Of a stretch of 64,000 nucleotides of DNA, positions 51,401 through 64,000 are shown piece by piece; the stretch's first letter is position 1, and each line of letters opens with the position of its first letter. Origin of the DNA: Obrimoposthia wandeli (lineage: Eukaryota). The notes under the pieces were generated by a model. It was not told the origin of the DNA and searched no databases. It saw only the letters and a program-made list of their open reading frames with translations. The stretch covers positions 372,001 through 436,000 of the forward strand of contig CDROCS010002224.1 of assembly GCA_977020255.1 (NCBI GenBank), given 5' to 3'. A program made the translations under genes and the position numbers.

Positions 51401-54400
51401 CACATCAAACATACACACAGTAAATTCGAAAAAGACTTAACCAAATAAATACTTTCAATTAACCTTGTCAAGCTCCTCAAGGTTTTGAGGTCGGATTTTT
51501 TCGGTTCTGTTAGGCGGAATGAAAAAGTTGAGTTCGTACGAGTCTCCACCGAGAGAAGCAAGATAGGCGAACCGAATGGAGCATTTGATGTTGCTAACAC
51601 TGAAGTGTACTGTCACACTACGGTCCCCTACATTCTTTTCGTAGGATACCTAAATCAAAAAACAGGAGTAAATGATAAACTGAGCTTTGAATTAATGAGG
51701 CAAATAGCACGTCCATTTTTCATTGAATTTCTGTAAAATCGATACTACAGCATTTATCTCTTTTAACTCATTTATTACAATCATGAAATTTGTTATTGTT
51801 TAAATATTTCTTTAACTTGAGTAAATTTTAAATTAAAATGCAAATACTTTTAAAATTTTATTTAATTTATATTTAGCAACTTATTGCTACGAAATGAAAC
51901 ATTTGATGCTTCTTAATTGTCCCAGGTAAGACACTAAGATAAATTTCCAAATTGTTACTTTAAATGTTCAAAACCAAAACACAAATAAAAGGCTGGGGGC
52001 ACTATATAGATTATCATGAAATCCTCTGCACGTATACAGATTGGCAAACGAAAATAAAAAAAGAGTACATAAATTTCCAGGAGATGATAAAAATCAGCAA
52101 ATTCAAATTTTCGAAATACTGAAATGTTAAAAGCAAAATTATTTGATCCATAATAATTTTAAAGTCATTTTCCAAAATCTAGTGCAATTACATCATAATT
52201 AAATCAACTATTAATTTTTAATAGATTCCCATATTTGACAACATATCGCCATGTACAACAATAATAGGACTGTATATTAAAATATATAACAAAGTCATCA
52301 AACTGAGATAAGTAACACATAGCGACCAATATACTGACACAATCACCGTGGGTAAACCCAGCTGGTATCCAGCATGGGCAAATACTGAGGAATAGCTGAG
52401 CATTATTACTTTGACTGCAAAAATGCAGTAAAATGTCTACAGTAGCCCAGGTTTGATACAATTTACTCGTTATTACTGGGTTTATGTGTGTTTTATAAAA
52501 TATATATCGTGACATTAACGTAAATTTTATTCTCTCGCATTCTTCAACAATACAAAGTTATACGATTGTTTCTTAATACTATATTTTTATACTATGTATT
52601 ATTTTATATTAAACTGAATAACAATAAATACTTCGAAATATTTTCCGTTGCAAATGTCAGTAATCAGTTTATTTAAAATGGAAAAAGATCTTTATAACAA
52701 TATTAGGATATACATGTGTAATTGATTTTTGGCTTCCCGCTGAGGACACGACAGTGGGCACATACACGAAGAGACAGAATCAGCAAAAACTTGGTCAACG
52801 AGGACATTGCATCAGCGGAATCAATGCGTTACTACCTAAGGAGTAGTCAACTTGATAAATAATAACTATACCAATAAATATAAGTATTTTCTGTTCATTT
52901 AGTAAATATATATTTCTGGTTAAGTTATTTGTTGAAATGATCAGTTATAGGTTTAAATCTCGAGTTTAAAAGATAGTGTTTATTGTAGAATGTCTAAGTT
53001 GTTATTCCAATGACACCATTACTTCATAACTAAATTCATACGGTGACAAATATCAATTTGAGAAAAAATTAACTTTTCTGCATTTTTTATAATTTTGAAT
53101 TAATCTATCATAATACACCAAAGTTACTTTAAACTTTGTTGAAACGAGGGGCAAAACCTACAGAATTGTAAAATATAATATTAAATTCATTTCAATATAC
53201 AGCAAATATCTCTAATGACTCTAATGGTAGTTCTACTTTCTTTCATTGACATAATTCGAGAGTCCGATTCTATAAACATAAGATGCATTCATTTATAAAG
53301 GAATTGAAAACAAATTGTCTCAGTATGATATTTCTGGATTCTGATTTGTATAATACATAACTCTCCCCCTCAATATTCAAATTTGCACTTCTTCGGCCAT
53401 TCGATTCTCCTGAGGAGGATTCCTTTTGGAAACTAAATTAATACTTGTAAATAACTCAAAAATTGTATTATTTTTTATGGACCTTCATACTGGTCACTAT
53501 GCTTGCTTCTTTTAATTAGATCCTTTTTAACAAGCACATTTTCATTAACTTCAAATATCCTATATTCTCTTCTTTCATAATCTATCTTCTCTAGTATCGA
53601 TAGACCAAATTGGACCTTGTTTTAGAAACATAACTATTAAGAGAAAATGTTCATCCCTCAACATATTTAAAATTATGTCGTTCTTGTATCTACCGTCTAG
53701 CCGAACAATTTCTGAGCCAGAACTGTCGTTTGTCACAAATCTTGACCGAAGAGAGGTCAGCTGATTGCCGAAACATATTCCCAAAATATATACTGTCTCG
53801 TTGAATATCAATGACTCTACTATAAGCCTCTGTCAAGGGCACTTTAATGTATATTCTGCGAGAGGGCCTACCCCGAGTATCCACTACACATTAAGCAAAC
53901 TCCTTGGACTGAGAGGAACTTTTCTAATGGAATTGGTGTGGTTAGAAAACGTCCTAAAGATTAAAGAATAAAAAAATAATAGGCAGTGACTCAAAATATA
54001 TAGAACAAAACATAAATTATACCAAAGGGTCGACACAACTACGTAAGATGCAAGTATTTATTCTAAAAGTGCTCTGAAGTTGAAAGAAGGATAAACTGTG
54101 AAATGACCTTGGGTAGTTTTCAAAAAAGCAATGAATCACAAGAAGTGGAACGAAGCACTGGAAAACGGCGCGAGTAACTACGACTCGAAGTTCAAGGAAA
54201 TAACCGGAGGAATTTATGACTTTCTGAATGACGGTGATGTCACTAGTAGCCTTTATAAAGAATTTATTCTATTAATTGCGAAAAAATTAACGGAGTTAAA
54301 TAATTTAATTAATTTAAATTATTTAAATAATCTAAATGATTTTAATAAATCAAATCAAAAAGATTTAATTAAATTAAATCAAAATGAAATTCAGAATGAA

Positions 54401-55560
54401 ATTTGTTTTAATAATTATTTTAAAAGAAATCATTTTCAAAAAAGCAATGAATCACAAGAAGTGGAACGAAGCACTGGAAAACGGTATCCGGAAGCCGGCC
54501 TGCGGCCGACTTCGGATAATGGAGCGTTACAGATCCCAGTATCTGCGCAGAATAATACGTCAGTTCACGCAAGCCGGAAAAATGAAAGAAAACGTAGTCA
54601 GAGCGTTAAACGAAGCCCTAGTCGAGAAATAAGCCAAAAAGGAAGCAAAGGACCACAGAAAAAGAAATCATGGGTGCAAACTGTTGAGGGCCGTCAACAA
54701 GTCACTCAACAAGAAAAATCGGTATTAAATAAATACGACACATTACTGAAGACAAGCAGTAAAATACCGAAAGCAAAAGCAACGGTATTTGAGGAAGAAC
54801 AGGAACTAAGAGTGTTCCACTTCCATCGAAACAAAGGCCACGGATTCGCTCAAGATCGATCAGGAAAATGGGTGTCACTTAATGCTTAAATCAATTTGGA
54901 TTGAGCAGACCGCTACAAAGCGTTCTAAGTTTAAGTTCCTGATTCCTGAACTACGATTAGAGCCCGTGTGAAACGGTTCGATAATGGTAAAGCTGTGGCG
55001 TATAGTATCGCGTATGGCGCAGCAAAGAGGGAACGCTCATAGAGCACTCAGAGGCTTGGAGGCAATGGTACGATAAGTCCTCAGAGGTCAGCTTCCTCAT
55101 CAGAAAAAGATCGTATGACACTGACCAAGCATACCGAAAATTGACGGATACTACGGACAAGATCGCGAGCCTACTACAGCTCACTTTCCGACCGAGCAAA
55201 TGTGGGGTCCTGAGGATCCCTCATAGAGCAACGAGCGATAACAGGATCACTCTTCGCGGAGAAACCATTCCGGTGGTATCTAAGAACGACCCATACCGCT
55301 ACCTGGGTGGCGACAGGAACGCGGACACAAAGCAGGACTGCGAATCTCTGTTCAAGGAAGTTCTGCGAGTGATACGGACATCAACAGGGCCATTGCACGA
55401 AGGCTATCAAGATTTGCATAGCTCTGAAGACAATCGAACACAGCGCAGCTCAGCGAAGCACTGGAGCGGATTGAGACCTGGACCTACGTAAAGTAGAAGG
55501 GGCCTAAAAAAACCCGTTTTCACTGTTAATACATTTTGAATTTTTCAATTTTTCTTCAGA

Positions 55561-55592
<32 letters not shown>

Positions 55593-58500
55593 TGCATGAA
55601 TGGATTAACGAGATTAATACTGTCCCTATCGTCAATCAAGCGTCTTAATTTTATCAAAAAAATTAAATATCGACCGCTATTAAGAAAGAATCTAAGTCGA
55701 CAATTTGAAGAAGTTGGTTATAAGTGTGGTTTTCGGACAATAATAAATCCCCAAAATAAGTCCAGTAAAAATAGTGGTAGCCCTGAGTCTGTTGTGCTTC
55801 TCTGTGTGCACGTCAGCACCTAAAGAAGCGGTGAACAACAAAATGGATCCGCCAGACCTTGGAGCAGCACCAGAATTCTTGTAATCATACCAAGGTTAAG
55901 GGTTGCATCTGTCTCTGTACTCAATCTAATATAATTTCTGTTTCCTGCTATTTTAAATTTTTATCAACATACAGGCACATTCAAAGTTAAGTGATCCAAA
56001 TTTCGCATTGTAAATGATAATTTTTTATTCATGTATTGAATTTTTTAATAAGTGAAAAACTTTTAGGAAATGCATGTAGAAAAACTGTTTGATATTTCGA
56101 TTAATTGTGTTTTCAAGCATTGTAGTAACATTTTGCAAATTTCGAGTATTCTATTTTATTTTGAAACGATATTGCTATCAAAAAATTATATTACTAAATA
56201 AATTTTACTAAACGTTTTCTGATATCATTGAATATCGAAATATTATATTTAATTTCTTGTGTAAACAGTTTTATATTTTAATAACAATTGTAGGATGCTC
56301 CATCTCACCATACATCAATACATGGAAGAAAGTTTTATCTAAATTGCTTATGTAATTCCGTTCGAATAGTTCCAATGTTTCTGTCGGATAAAATAATAAA
56401 TTAAAGATTTTCAAAAGAAACACATTAAAATTGTACGTGTTGAAAATGTACAAAATCCACATTCTATAAAATATTTATTTTTACGAATGCAATTCAAAAA
56501 CCTAAAATATTGAAGCACATCTATTTTTTCTTCATTTTACTGAACATACAAATAACTTTTAAACAATTTTTTAAAACTATAAATTGTCTTCTTTTTGATT
56601 TGTACTAACATAAAATGAAACAAAATACAAAAATAATTTGATATCGAGGCTCTCAAACGTTTTCCGACAATTACCTTAACATTTTCTTACCTCAACATGT
56701 AAAGTTCTTTCTTACTTAGGCTAACTAACTATGTCATTTATGTTAGTTGTATACTGTTAGTTCAAAATTTTAAAAAATTAATGATAAAAAATAACAGTAT
56801 AATTGTTTGATTCGAGAAGAAAATTATACTATGAAGATTGAAATGAACCAAGAACACATTAAAAATAATTAATAAATAATTTTATGAATACTGTTATATG
56901 TAAATTTAATAATACAGTCTCTCGATCTGTAATACAGTTCCAAGAACAAAGGCGCAGTGCGAAACCGCGCCTTTCGAACCGCAATTAGGGTGAAATTAGA
57001 GTAATTGGTCCTATAAACAAAAATATATATACATTTTGAACACAAATTAATTTTTTCAATCTGCAAATGTATATGAAGAGTCATGCTTTCTCTAAAATAT
57101 CATTGAACTTCCATTGTAATAGTTTTCACAAGATTTTTTTTTTAAATTTACAACAAAACGTGAAATAAAATCAATAATAATAATAAATAACTTTATTCAC
57201 TTATATCATAATCTAAACACGAAATAATTTGACAATTCCATTTCTTCTCATGGTGAAGTGTTTGCTATAGCTGGGGTATACGAAAAAATCATAAAAACTG
57301 GTTTGCTTCCTTGGAATATTTTCCCCCATAATATATGTCTAGCGCTATCTGACTGAGCTAGGAAGCTAATTTTAAAATTTCTGAAACATTTTTTCGTTTC
57401 AGTTTACTTTATGTTGGATCTTTTACATCAGCTTCAGTTTCATGATCTCTTTCTGCTTCCAAATGCATCAAAATATCTTCAGTAGACATTTCTTCATTGT
57501 GTTCCTCAAGAACTTCTCAGATGTATAAAGCAAAATGTGTTTGCATTTAAAATCACCTTTTACATTTCCACATAACAAAAGTGTGAGTCTGTTTTTGAAT
57601 GCTTTGAAACATCGAGCACACTTTTCTTCTTTTGATATGAAGGTTCTATTTGGCATTCGCTTTCAGTATAAGCCAGTCTCATCAGCATTAAATACTTGTC
57701 TAGATAACTTTCTTTATCAATGATTTCCTTCAAAATCAGCTTTTGTATCACCACTAGCTGCTCTCCAGTTAACTTTATATTATGTAAATTTTGACACCTT
57801 TTACAATTATCAAACCAACTTTTGCTTGCCTGAAAAGATTCACCATTTGCTGATTCACCTTCGTCTTGTGCTAAGCTTTTATATAAATCTAATGCCTTCA
57901 TGGTAATAATGTTAGAAGACAGAGCTATACTTTTCTGATTTTGATCTTCAATCCAAATATATAGTAGTTTTTCAGTATTCTATCAAACACGATCTAATTA
58001 TTTTTGTTTTTTAGAAACACTACTCTAATACTTCGAATGTTAGATTCATTTACGCAATATTTTCCTACAAGTGAAGCAACATTGCCACAGTTTTCCAATT
58101 CCTTAATTATTTTTAATTTCGTTTCCAAATTAAAAATCTTCCTCTTGTTAATTACTTTCTTCATTTTTTATATCAGCGGTTATTGATTTTTCACACTAAT
58201 ACTAATTTGACTTATTTTAATGTTAAAATCTTTGAGCTTTAAAATATCTTTATATATTAAGTAATTATCTATTGTCATTTATAAGTAGTCTTGTGTACTG
58301 AAACTAATATAAAAGAAAATGTTTAAAATTTTAATTCTTTCAAAAAAGTAACAAAAAGAAAATAGAATATTTATTTGATCTTTTAAATCCGCGCTGTTCG
58401 AATTTTTTTTGCGCTAAACGAATTTTAGGTTGTAATTACTTAACAGCGCAATAGCGAATCCGCGCATAACAAACCCACGCTGTTCAAGGAACTACTGTAC

Positions 58501-61500
58501 ATGTAATCTTTGATTTTAAATTTGTTGCTTAATATATTTTATTTTAAAAATAAATATACATTTCTTTAAATAGTTTTTAGATTTGGATGTAAAAATAAAT
58601 TTAACAAATAAAATAATTTAAAATTTATAATATTTTTTAAAAAATTTAAAATTAAAAACATGAAATAATTTGTGACTTTTCATTTAAATGTACATGCATA
58701 ACTTTAAACTAAAATGTTTATAATATTCTTTAAAGTAAGAGCTAAGTAGTAGAAACTTTTTTTTTAAATTAGAGTAGAATTCAGTAAAAAAAAAATCAGT
58801 AGATATTCAGACCGATCCTTTTATAACTTGTAATAAATTATCATTCAAATTTATCAGAGTTTGAGACTGACCTGGGTGGTGTTGACGAATCCGGTTATTT
58901 CGCCCTGAATTCGTCTGTCGAGCTCCCCTGGAGACACCTGATTCGAGGGCTTGCGTAAGCTAGTATCTCCATCCACAATTAGCGTGGACTTACCCCATGA
59001 GCTGGACGGCTGCATACGTAATGGAGAACGATAAAAGAAAGTGTGAGAAAGCCAGAATAAATCATTAATGTGGTTTTCATTTCATAATAACTTTTACAGA
59101 CTAATTAATTTTATGTAAATAGTTTGATAGATTTGATGTAAATTGAAAAGTCCCGTTTGTCTTATAAATCAGAGATGGTAACTCTGTGCTTACCAGTTGA
59201 GATGACAAGTGGAGCACATGTACAAGCGCAATAATGATGGTTAGTAGGTCCAGTATTCTGGAGGTTCCAGTACAATACGAAAGACCAACTGACTAATTAT
59301 ACAAAAGAGAAATGATATTTATAATTATACAAAAGAGGACATGAGCTGCTTCTTTAACGTCACCAAAGCACTAATCAAGAGCATTCAGAGAAAGATAATC
59401 GGCCAATTCATGAAAATTGAGAGAAAGAGAAGCTGGCGAAAATGGGTCATAAAGCGTTGTATTTAGTTTTCGGAGGATTCGTGTATGACATTCGCTAGAG
59501 CTGACAGGCAAATGCATTTGGTTCCTTGAAGATATTGCCGAATGAAGGGTGTGGAGGAAAACATGACACTATGCATGTCTTCGTCGGGTGTATAACGGAT
59601 ATTAGGAAGTTTCGGAACGATATGTGATTCCTAGATGACCTTTGCCTTAAATCTGTACATGCACTTTACCATAAAACAAAAATACTAGTAGCATTAACTG
59701 GCTCAGAAAATAAATTTTATTGATATACATGAACACCCAAGTATCTAGCAAATAAAATATTTGGTTTGATTGCCAAATTATCCCATCATGTTCCTGGGAA
59801 AACCAAAATAATGTAACATTCGTTTCTCCTCGAGGGAGAAAAACATCTATACTTGCGCTGAATTAAGAAACACTTTTGCAGGACGTTCCTTATTGGCGAT
59901 ACTTTCTGTTTCTTTAGAGGTACCTTCGAAGATAACGTATATAGTATGTGATGGAGCAACCAACAATTATAAAAATAAATTTTCTTCAGGATGAATTTTC
60001 TTATAAGCCCTCAAAACACGGAACGAAGTTCGAACGAGAGATGTGCTCTAAGACATTAGATGCACCCGATAGTTTTTCCTATACCCTCTGAACTTTTTCT
60101 TGTTTGCGTTTTATGACTCCAGCATCCTGCATAACGCACTCTGTACTTGTTGGAAGCCATAGAAGTCGAGACCTGGGACTCTGTCTGTCGGTTGGAAGTG
60201 CCTCTCCGTAAGCGCTGTTGGTCTTTGAAGTTGCTGCTAACAACTGATGTTCCCGGTATGGTTGTTAGGACATCTGTGGATCGAGTCGAACGCGACTTAA
60301 CTGAGTACTCAGTAGCACTTGTCAATTTGGCCTCCATGTGCCATGACCGCAGACCGTGCTGTCGGTTGAGCGTCACCAGCTCCGCCTCGTCTGCACAATC
60401 AATCAATACAAATGTTAGATGGATCAATGTACATGCATAACAATTTAAGGAAGTTTGAAAACTTCCAAATAGAATTAAGAAAAATACCTACCAAATAATC
60501 ATATATTAACCCTCAATACGCGGGAACCGAGATAACTCGGTCCCGACAAATACGCATACAGTGACGGGAACCGAGTTAACTCGTTTTTAGACAGGGGATT
60601 TCCCATCGATTTCCATCGAAGCCGTTGGCAGAAGGGTACGAGAATATGATGCTGTGCCGATTGACACCGACAACGACCTTCCAAATGATTTATTACTGAA
60701 TTGGTCCCGAGATTAGGATTACTGTATTAAATACATAGCACAGTGAGGGTTAAGTGGAAATCACTAAATTTCACAATATTTTAAAATAATGAGAATTGTA
60801 GGCGATTATTTGACGCATAGTTATACTAACTGGTGGTTCCTATCCTCCATCTGGCGTCTGTGATGTCGTGCTTGCATGGCCAGTGCTTCCAGAGCCGCAA
60901 GAGTCCGCTGCTGGCGTGGTGTTTCCACACTGTCAGTACCTGATGGTCGCTGGGCGGTACATGTACAGGGTGCAGAGTTGTGCTGCCGTCTGACCGCGAT
61001 ATCGTCATGGCGAACTTCCCACTCGGCTGTAAAATTATTGAACTGTCACATTCTAACAGCACCATCAGCATCATGCTACAATTGAACTGCATCCTTTCTT
61101 TGTCTCACAATCAACCAGAACAATATTAATCACTCATACATTGAGCCTCCACAACATGCTCCTTCATGCAACACCAAATCAAAATCAATTACTTTATAAT
61201 TGTGAATATGTTTTTTACAGTTTGACAGTAAGTCAATTTACCACAACCAGCTGGACCGATAACAAATTGAGCATATCAGCTTTCAAATTACATACTCATT
61301 AAAAACAATATGTGAACAATATGTGCAAGAAGTCACACATGCACCTACTGTTATACATATAAAGAGCTAATAAATAAAAAATAATTTAATTATTGCTCAA
61401 AAATGTTTCCTGTTTTCCGTTTTTCTTTGTAATATTTTCTGAATAGGAAATCTTCATCTACTTTTTGGTCTTCTCAACATTATAACAATTTCTTATTTTC

Positions 61501-63206
61501 ATCATTAGATAAATTTAAAATATTATATTACTCTGTTTGTTATTTGAGAGACTTTTTGACGAATCGGCTGTCATCATTGGTACTCATGTTCACTGTACCA
61601 GGCTCGAGATAATCATATAAATATTTGGACTAGTGAGAGAATAAATTTTTTATATGAAGTACATATTTTAATTTAATTCAGACATTGATTGGTAGCTAAT
61701 AGAGCTTCATTAATTTTCTTTAATTTGAATTTTATTTGGAAAGAATAGTTTTAAGTTTTCTCTAAGCGATTTAATTGATAAGTTAGAATATTAAACAATA
61801 AAGAATTTTGAAAATCAAATCTTAATCACATGCGTTAGCGTTGTAGACATCTCAGTAGTAAAAAAGTTTATTTTTAGGTATTACTTTTTCATAACTGTTG
61901 TATATCCTTATCCATTTAAAATTGACAATTCATTATATTTACTTTCCTTCGAGGACGCAGCCAATGTCCGTATTTTAGTTTGTAAATTAATAATATTCTC
62001 ACCAAAATGTATTAGTGGATTACTTTGGTTTCTCTTCCTTTATGACAGATTTATTTCTCACCTTTTATAAGGTATAAATTCATATTTACCAGGTTAATAA
62101 ACCACCATAACACACCCAAAATTAAAATATGGAAAACGCACCCCGAATGCGCATGCTGAAAATTGCTGCTTTTCGTCGAGAGTAGATCCGAACGGTTTAC
62201 TGTTTCCTTGAATACTCCAAATCTGCAGTGAAATGGAAACATCAAAATATAGTCTCCCACAAATATAAGACTTCTTATCGACATCTTTTCTTTCAGATTG
62301 TGCCATTGATACTTTGTTTTAGAGCTTACAATTTGTTTAGCAAATCTTCTCTCCTCATGAAATTTGTTTACTAAAAGAATATAAGAGTCACTGTTTACAC
62401 AACAAATTTAAGTTCAACTGCATTATTTAATAACACAAAACAAATAAAGTAGAAACTGTCAATCAGAACTTTACTAATGTTTGATATTGAAAAATCAGTG
62501 AAAAATGAGAATAAACTCAGTAAACCTGAATTGACAGATGAATTCAGAATGTCGTTTGGTAGTGTCAATAACTTACTCAAATAAGTAAAATAGTAATAAT
62601 GAAAGAATTTCAAAAACATGCTAACCATGAAAAAAGGTTTTAATCAAATAAATTTCTGCTAACATCACTGGTTAAAATTAGGTTTGCTTGACCATATTCT
62701 GAATTTATTTTCTTTTAAACGTATCCAAATAGAGATAAAAATTATAGGCTCAGATATATAAAAAGTCAATCCGCATTTATCCAGACGTCAGAGGTACACC
62801 AATGTAACTAACCTGACTACAATAGACTGTAGACAAAAATTGTAAAGTTCATTGTTTATATGATAGCCTAGGTCCTCTACCTTTTCAGAATTGAAACATG
62901 CAAAGCTCCAGAATCTTTACAAACTGTATGAGTGGACTTCCAAGCGAACTCATCACCACAGCGAAATGAGTAGCATCCGATGTAAAAGACGGCGGCAACG
63001 AACATTTGAGTGAAGAAGCGATTGAGGTGCCAGTAAATGAAATGATGAATGGAAAAACAGCAACAGAGAATGAAGAGCAGGCATAAAATGCTGACAGTCT
63101 CTGGAATAACTAACAGCTTCAACAGCCTGATTGCACGGTTTAACAGTTGAAAAAACGTGCACTCGCTGGAGAAATCAACAGCAACCGAATAAGATGGTGC
63201 AACCAA
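27106..63206 (-). CDS. WDR59: Host GATOR2 subunit WDR59-like gene (multi-exon; 5' end not resolved)
   Basis: Phase-compatible exons 60831-61026, 60140-60390, 58872-59009, 51464-51649, 50761-50859, 48476-48638, 47264-47559, 40773-40836 (weaker), 38875-38981, 37993-38108, 37636-37854 and 35093-35302, plus a terminal region at 27106-27483. Motifs: GDRSVTVHF (RWD), ASFSPSGRLVCY, NVETMCKNN...GRKDLIEFW, PWS.....DSWMEHFSRLGDIQSAAM, HYSQIL, and C-terminal CSVC...RG...C..CHHGGH.SH..LWF...CATGCGCMC. Exons near 36 kb and 63 kb and the junction to the last exon are unresolved. Confidence 0.82.
27720..30241 (-). mobile_element. piggyBac transposon (PGBD3-like transposase pseudogene)
   Basis: TTAA-CCCA...TGGG-TTAA boundaries. 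Motifs VDEMIVKYFG, KPERFGYKLW, VFFDNLFTG and frameshifted MGGVDKHDW, plus a C-terminal Cys-rich region. Internal inverted repeats at 27851-27877 and 29883-29909. Confidence 0.88.
31198..31310. repeat. 29-bp perfect inverted repeat (hairpin)
   Basis: tatgtttactatatttatattttctatac at 31198-31226 and its reverse complement at 31282-31310. Confidence 0.8.
31840..32110. repeat. About 120-bp tandem repeat, roughly 2.2 copies
   Basis: Repeated ttattttatgatgca...catatatttagaat...gcattgaaattgat.cattaaaacaaaac. Confidence 0.7.
34100..34350 (-). pseudogene. Decayed fragment of nuclear 28S rRNA
   Basis: The plus strand matches the reverse complement of the conserved LSU core: gctatcctgagagtaactttggaagaaaccagctagtagatggttcgattagtctttcgctcct, ggttcatt...cgccatgttcagcttatcaaaa and aaagtttgaaaataagttg. 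Confidence 0.75.
42560..43530 (-). mobile_element. Merlin (IS1595/ISXO2-like) transposase pseudogene with mini-introns
   Basis: IGGHGTIVEIDDSLFVKRKYNRGR...WIVEG, GTTIITD, H.TVNHS..FVDP.TGACTNHIESTWK. GT-AG introns of 31-32 nt. Confidence 0.85.
43896..46006 (+). mobile_element. Mutator-like (MULE) element with FLYWCH-MULE transposase, internally deleted
   Basis: Perfect 9-bp TSD AAAATAAAC at 43887-43895 and 46007-46015. TIRs built of about 15-bp GGAAAAAATGGCAA repeats. ORFs 44651-45229 (FLYWCH; WYMDG) and 45230-45683 (YFDATY...WN.....RTNN.CEAWN). Confidence 0.92.
53361..53900 (-). mobile_element. Gypsy-type integrase 3' relic with polypurine tract
   Basis: Minus-strand NENVLVKKD...DQYEGP*KII (GPY/F-like) followed by TTGAGGGGGAGAG. 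Degenerate EIVRLDG upstream. Confidence 0.5.
54131..55491 (+). mobile_element. Non-LTR retrotransposon relic (R2/R4/NeSL-like reverse transcriptase fragment)
   Basis: LQLTFRPSKCGVLRI...ITLRGETIPVV...YRYLG (RT subdomains 6-7) at 55141-55330. The upstream 252-aa ORF has a 48-bp internal duplication and Asn-rich filler. Confidence 0.6.
56935..58497 (-). mobile_element. Tigger/pogo (Tc1/mariner superfamily) transposon relic
   Basis: FQASKSWF....LHNIKLTGE, ADETGLY..RMPNRTFISKEEK.A..FKAFKNRLTLLLCGN..GDFK. TA-CAGTAGTTCC terminus at 58497; the other end is approximate. Confidence 0.85.
60510..60749. mobile_element. piggyBac-type MITE (240 bp)
   Basis: TTAA-CCCTCA...TGAGGG-TTAA boundaries and internal gggaaccgag...ctcggtccc palindromes; non-coding. 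Confidence 0.7.
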
Positions 63207-64000
63207 ATATTAACCTCTACCCCGAGTAAAGTTGGGTAGATGGCGGGGCGGCTACGTTATACAGGAGTGAGGTCCTCATACAGGGAACGCTAAAATAATG
63301 CAAACTCACAGAAATAGATTTTAAACTATGTTTTTTTATTATACAGATATTTTTGTTATTCGGATGACCCACAAGAAGAAACTGACGTGAAAATGAAAAT
63401 TTACTGTGTAAATGAATTGATGAGACATCCAACTATACAACTATAAGAAAAAACGAAGAATTTAAAATTTTATTTAAAAAAACTGGAAATATTGAGTGAT
63501 TGGGAAAATTTCCAACATTAGTGTGAAAAAATTAAAGTAAAACGATGTATAGAAGAGGGAATATAAAACTGACGCGTGTCTGAGTTAATGAAAATGCAAC
63601 ACTTATCTGGAATATATTTACCATGATAAATTCCGCCACAATTTTAACCATTTATGAAAACATTATTGTAAAGGGTGTTAAAGCATATAGTCAGATACTT
63701 TTCCAATTTTAACCGGGTAATTTGAGCAAATTTAATAAAAGTTGTTTCACATGAAATCCTAAATTAAACCTTTTCTAAAAATGGGGAAAAATGGGAAAAA
63801 AGGATAAAATTATGTATTTCTAGTTTATCCTCATTTAACTCTCTTATTCAGGAACAAAAACAAGACAATTTGTGTATTGCAGTTTATCCCAATTTAATTG
63901 GAGCGCAATTTCAATTTTTAGTTTCTTCTTTTAAATAGATTTAATAATAGTTTTACTGAAACGTATGTTTTACTAATTAGACGTAGTTTGTATATATGCA

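Noticed and set aside
52204-52515. ORFs suggesting a mitochondrial membrane protein or SWIM zinc finger
   Set aside because: No convincing motif match in either frame.

Overview
AT-rich eukaryotic (probably invertebrate) genomic DNA, dense in mobile elements. The main feature is a full-length, partly decayed Polinton/Maverick (polintovirus-type) element at 6183-23685. It has AGTAGG...CCTACT termini, long TIRs and a 6-bp target-site duplication with one mismatch (CTATAT/CTATTT). It carries the usual core genes: packaging ATPase, chromodomain rve integrase, penton, core proteins, double jelly-roll major capsid protein, adenain protease and pPolB. It also carries unusual cargo: a two-repeat TATA-binding-protein (TBP)-like gene, a DEDD exonuclease and a multi-exon regulator-like gene. 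Several of these viral genes contain 35-47-nt GT-AG introns whose removal restores the reading frame. The pPolB lacks its polymerase domain. Relics of related Polintons flank the element (3.4-5.5 kb and 24.2-25.5 kb). From about 27.1 to 63.2 kb the minus strand holds a host WDR59-like (GATOR2) gene. Its large introns contain piggyBac, Merlin, MULE, Tigger, Gypsy and non-LTR relics and a 28S rRNA fragment. All assignments come from manual translation and recalled motifs; no database searches were run.
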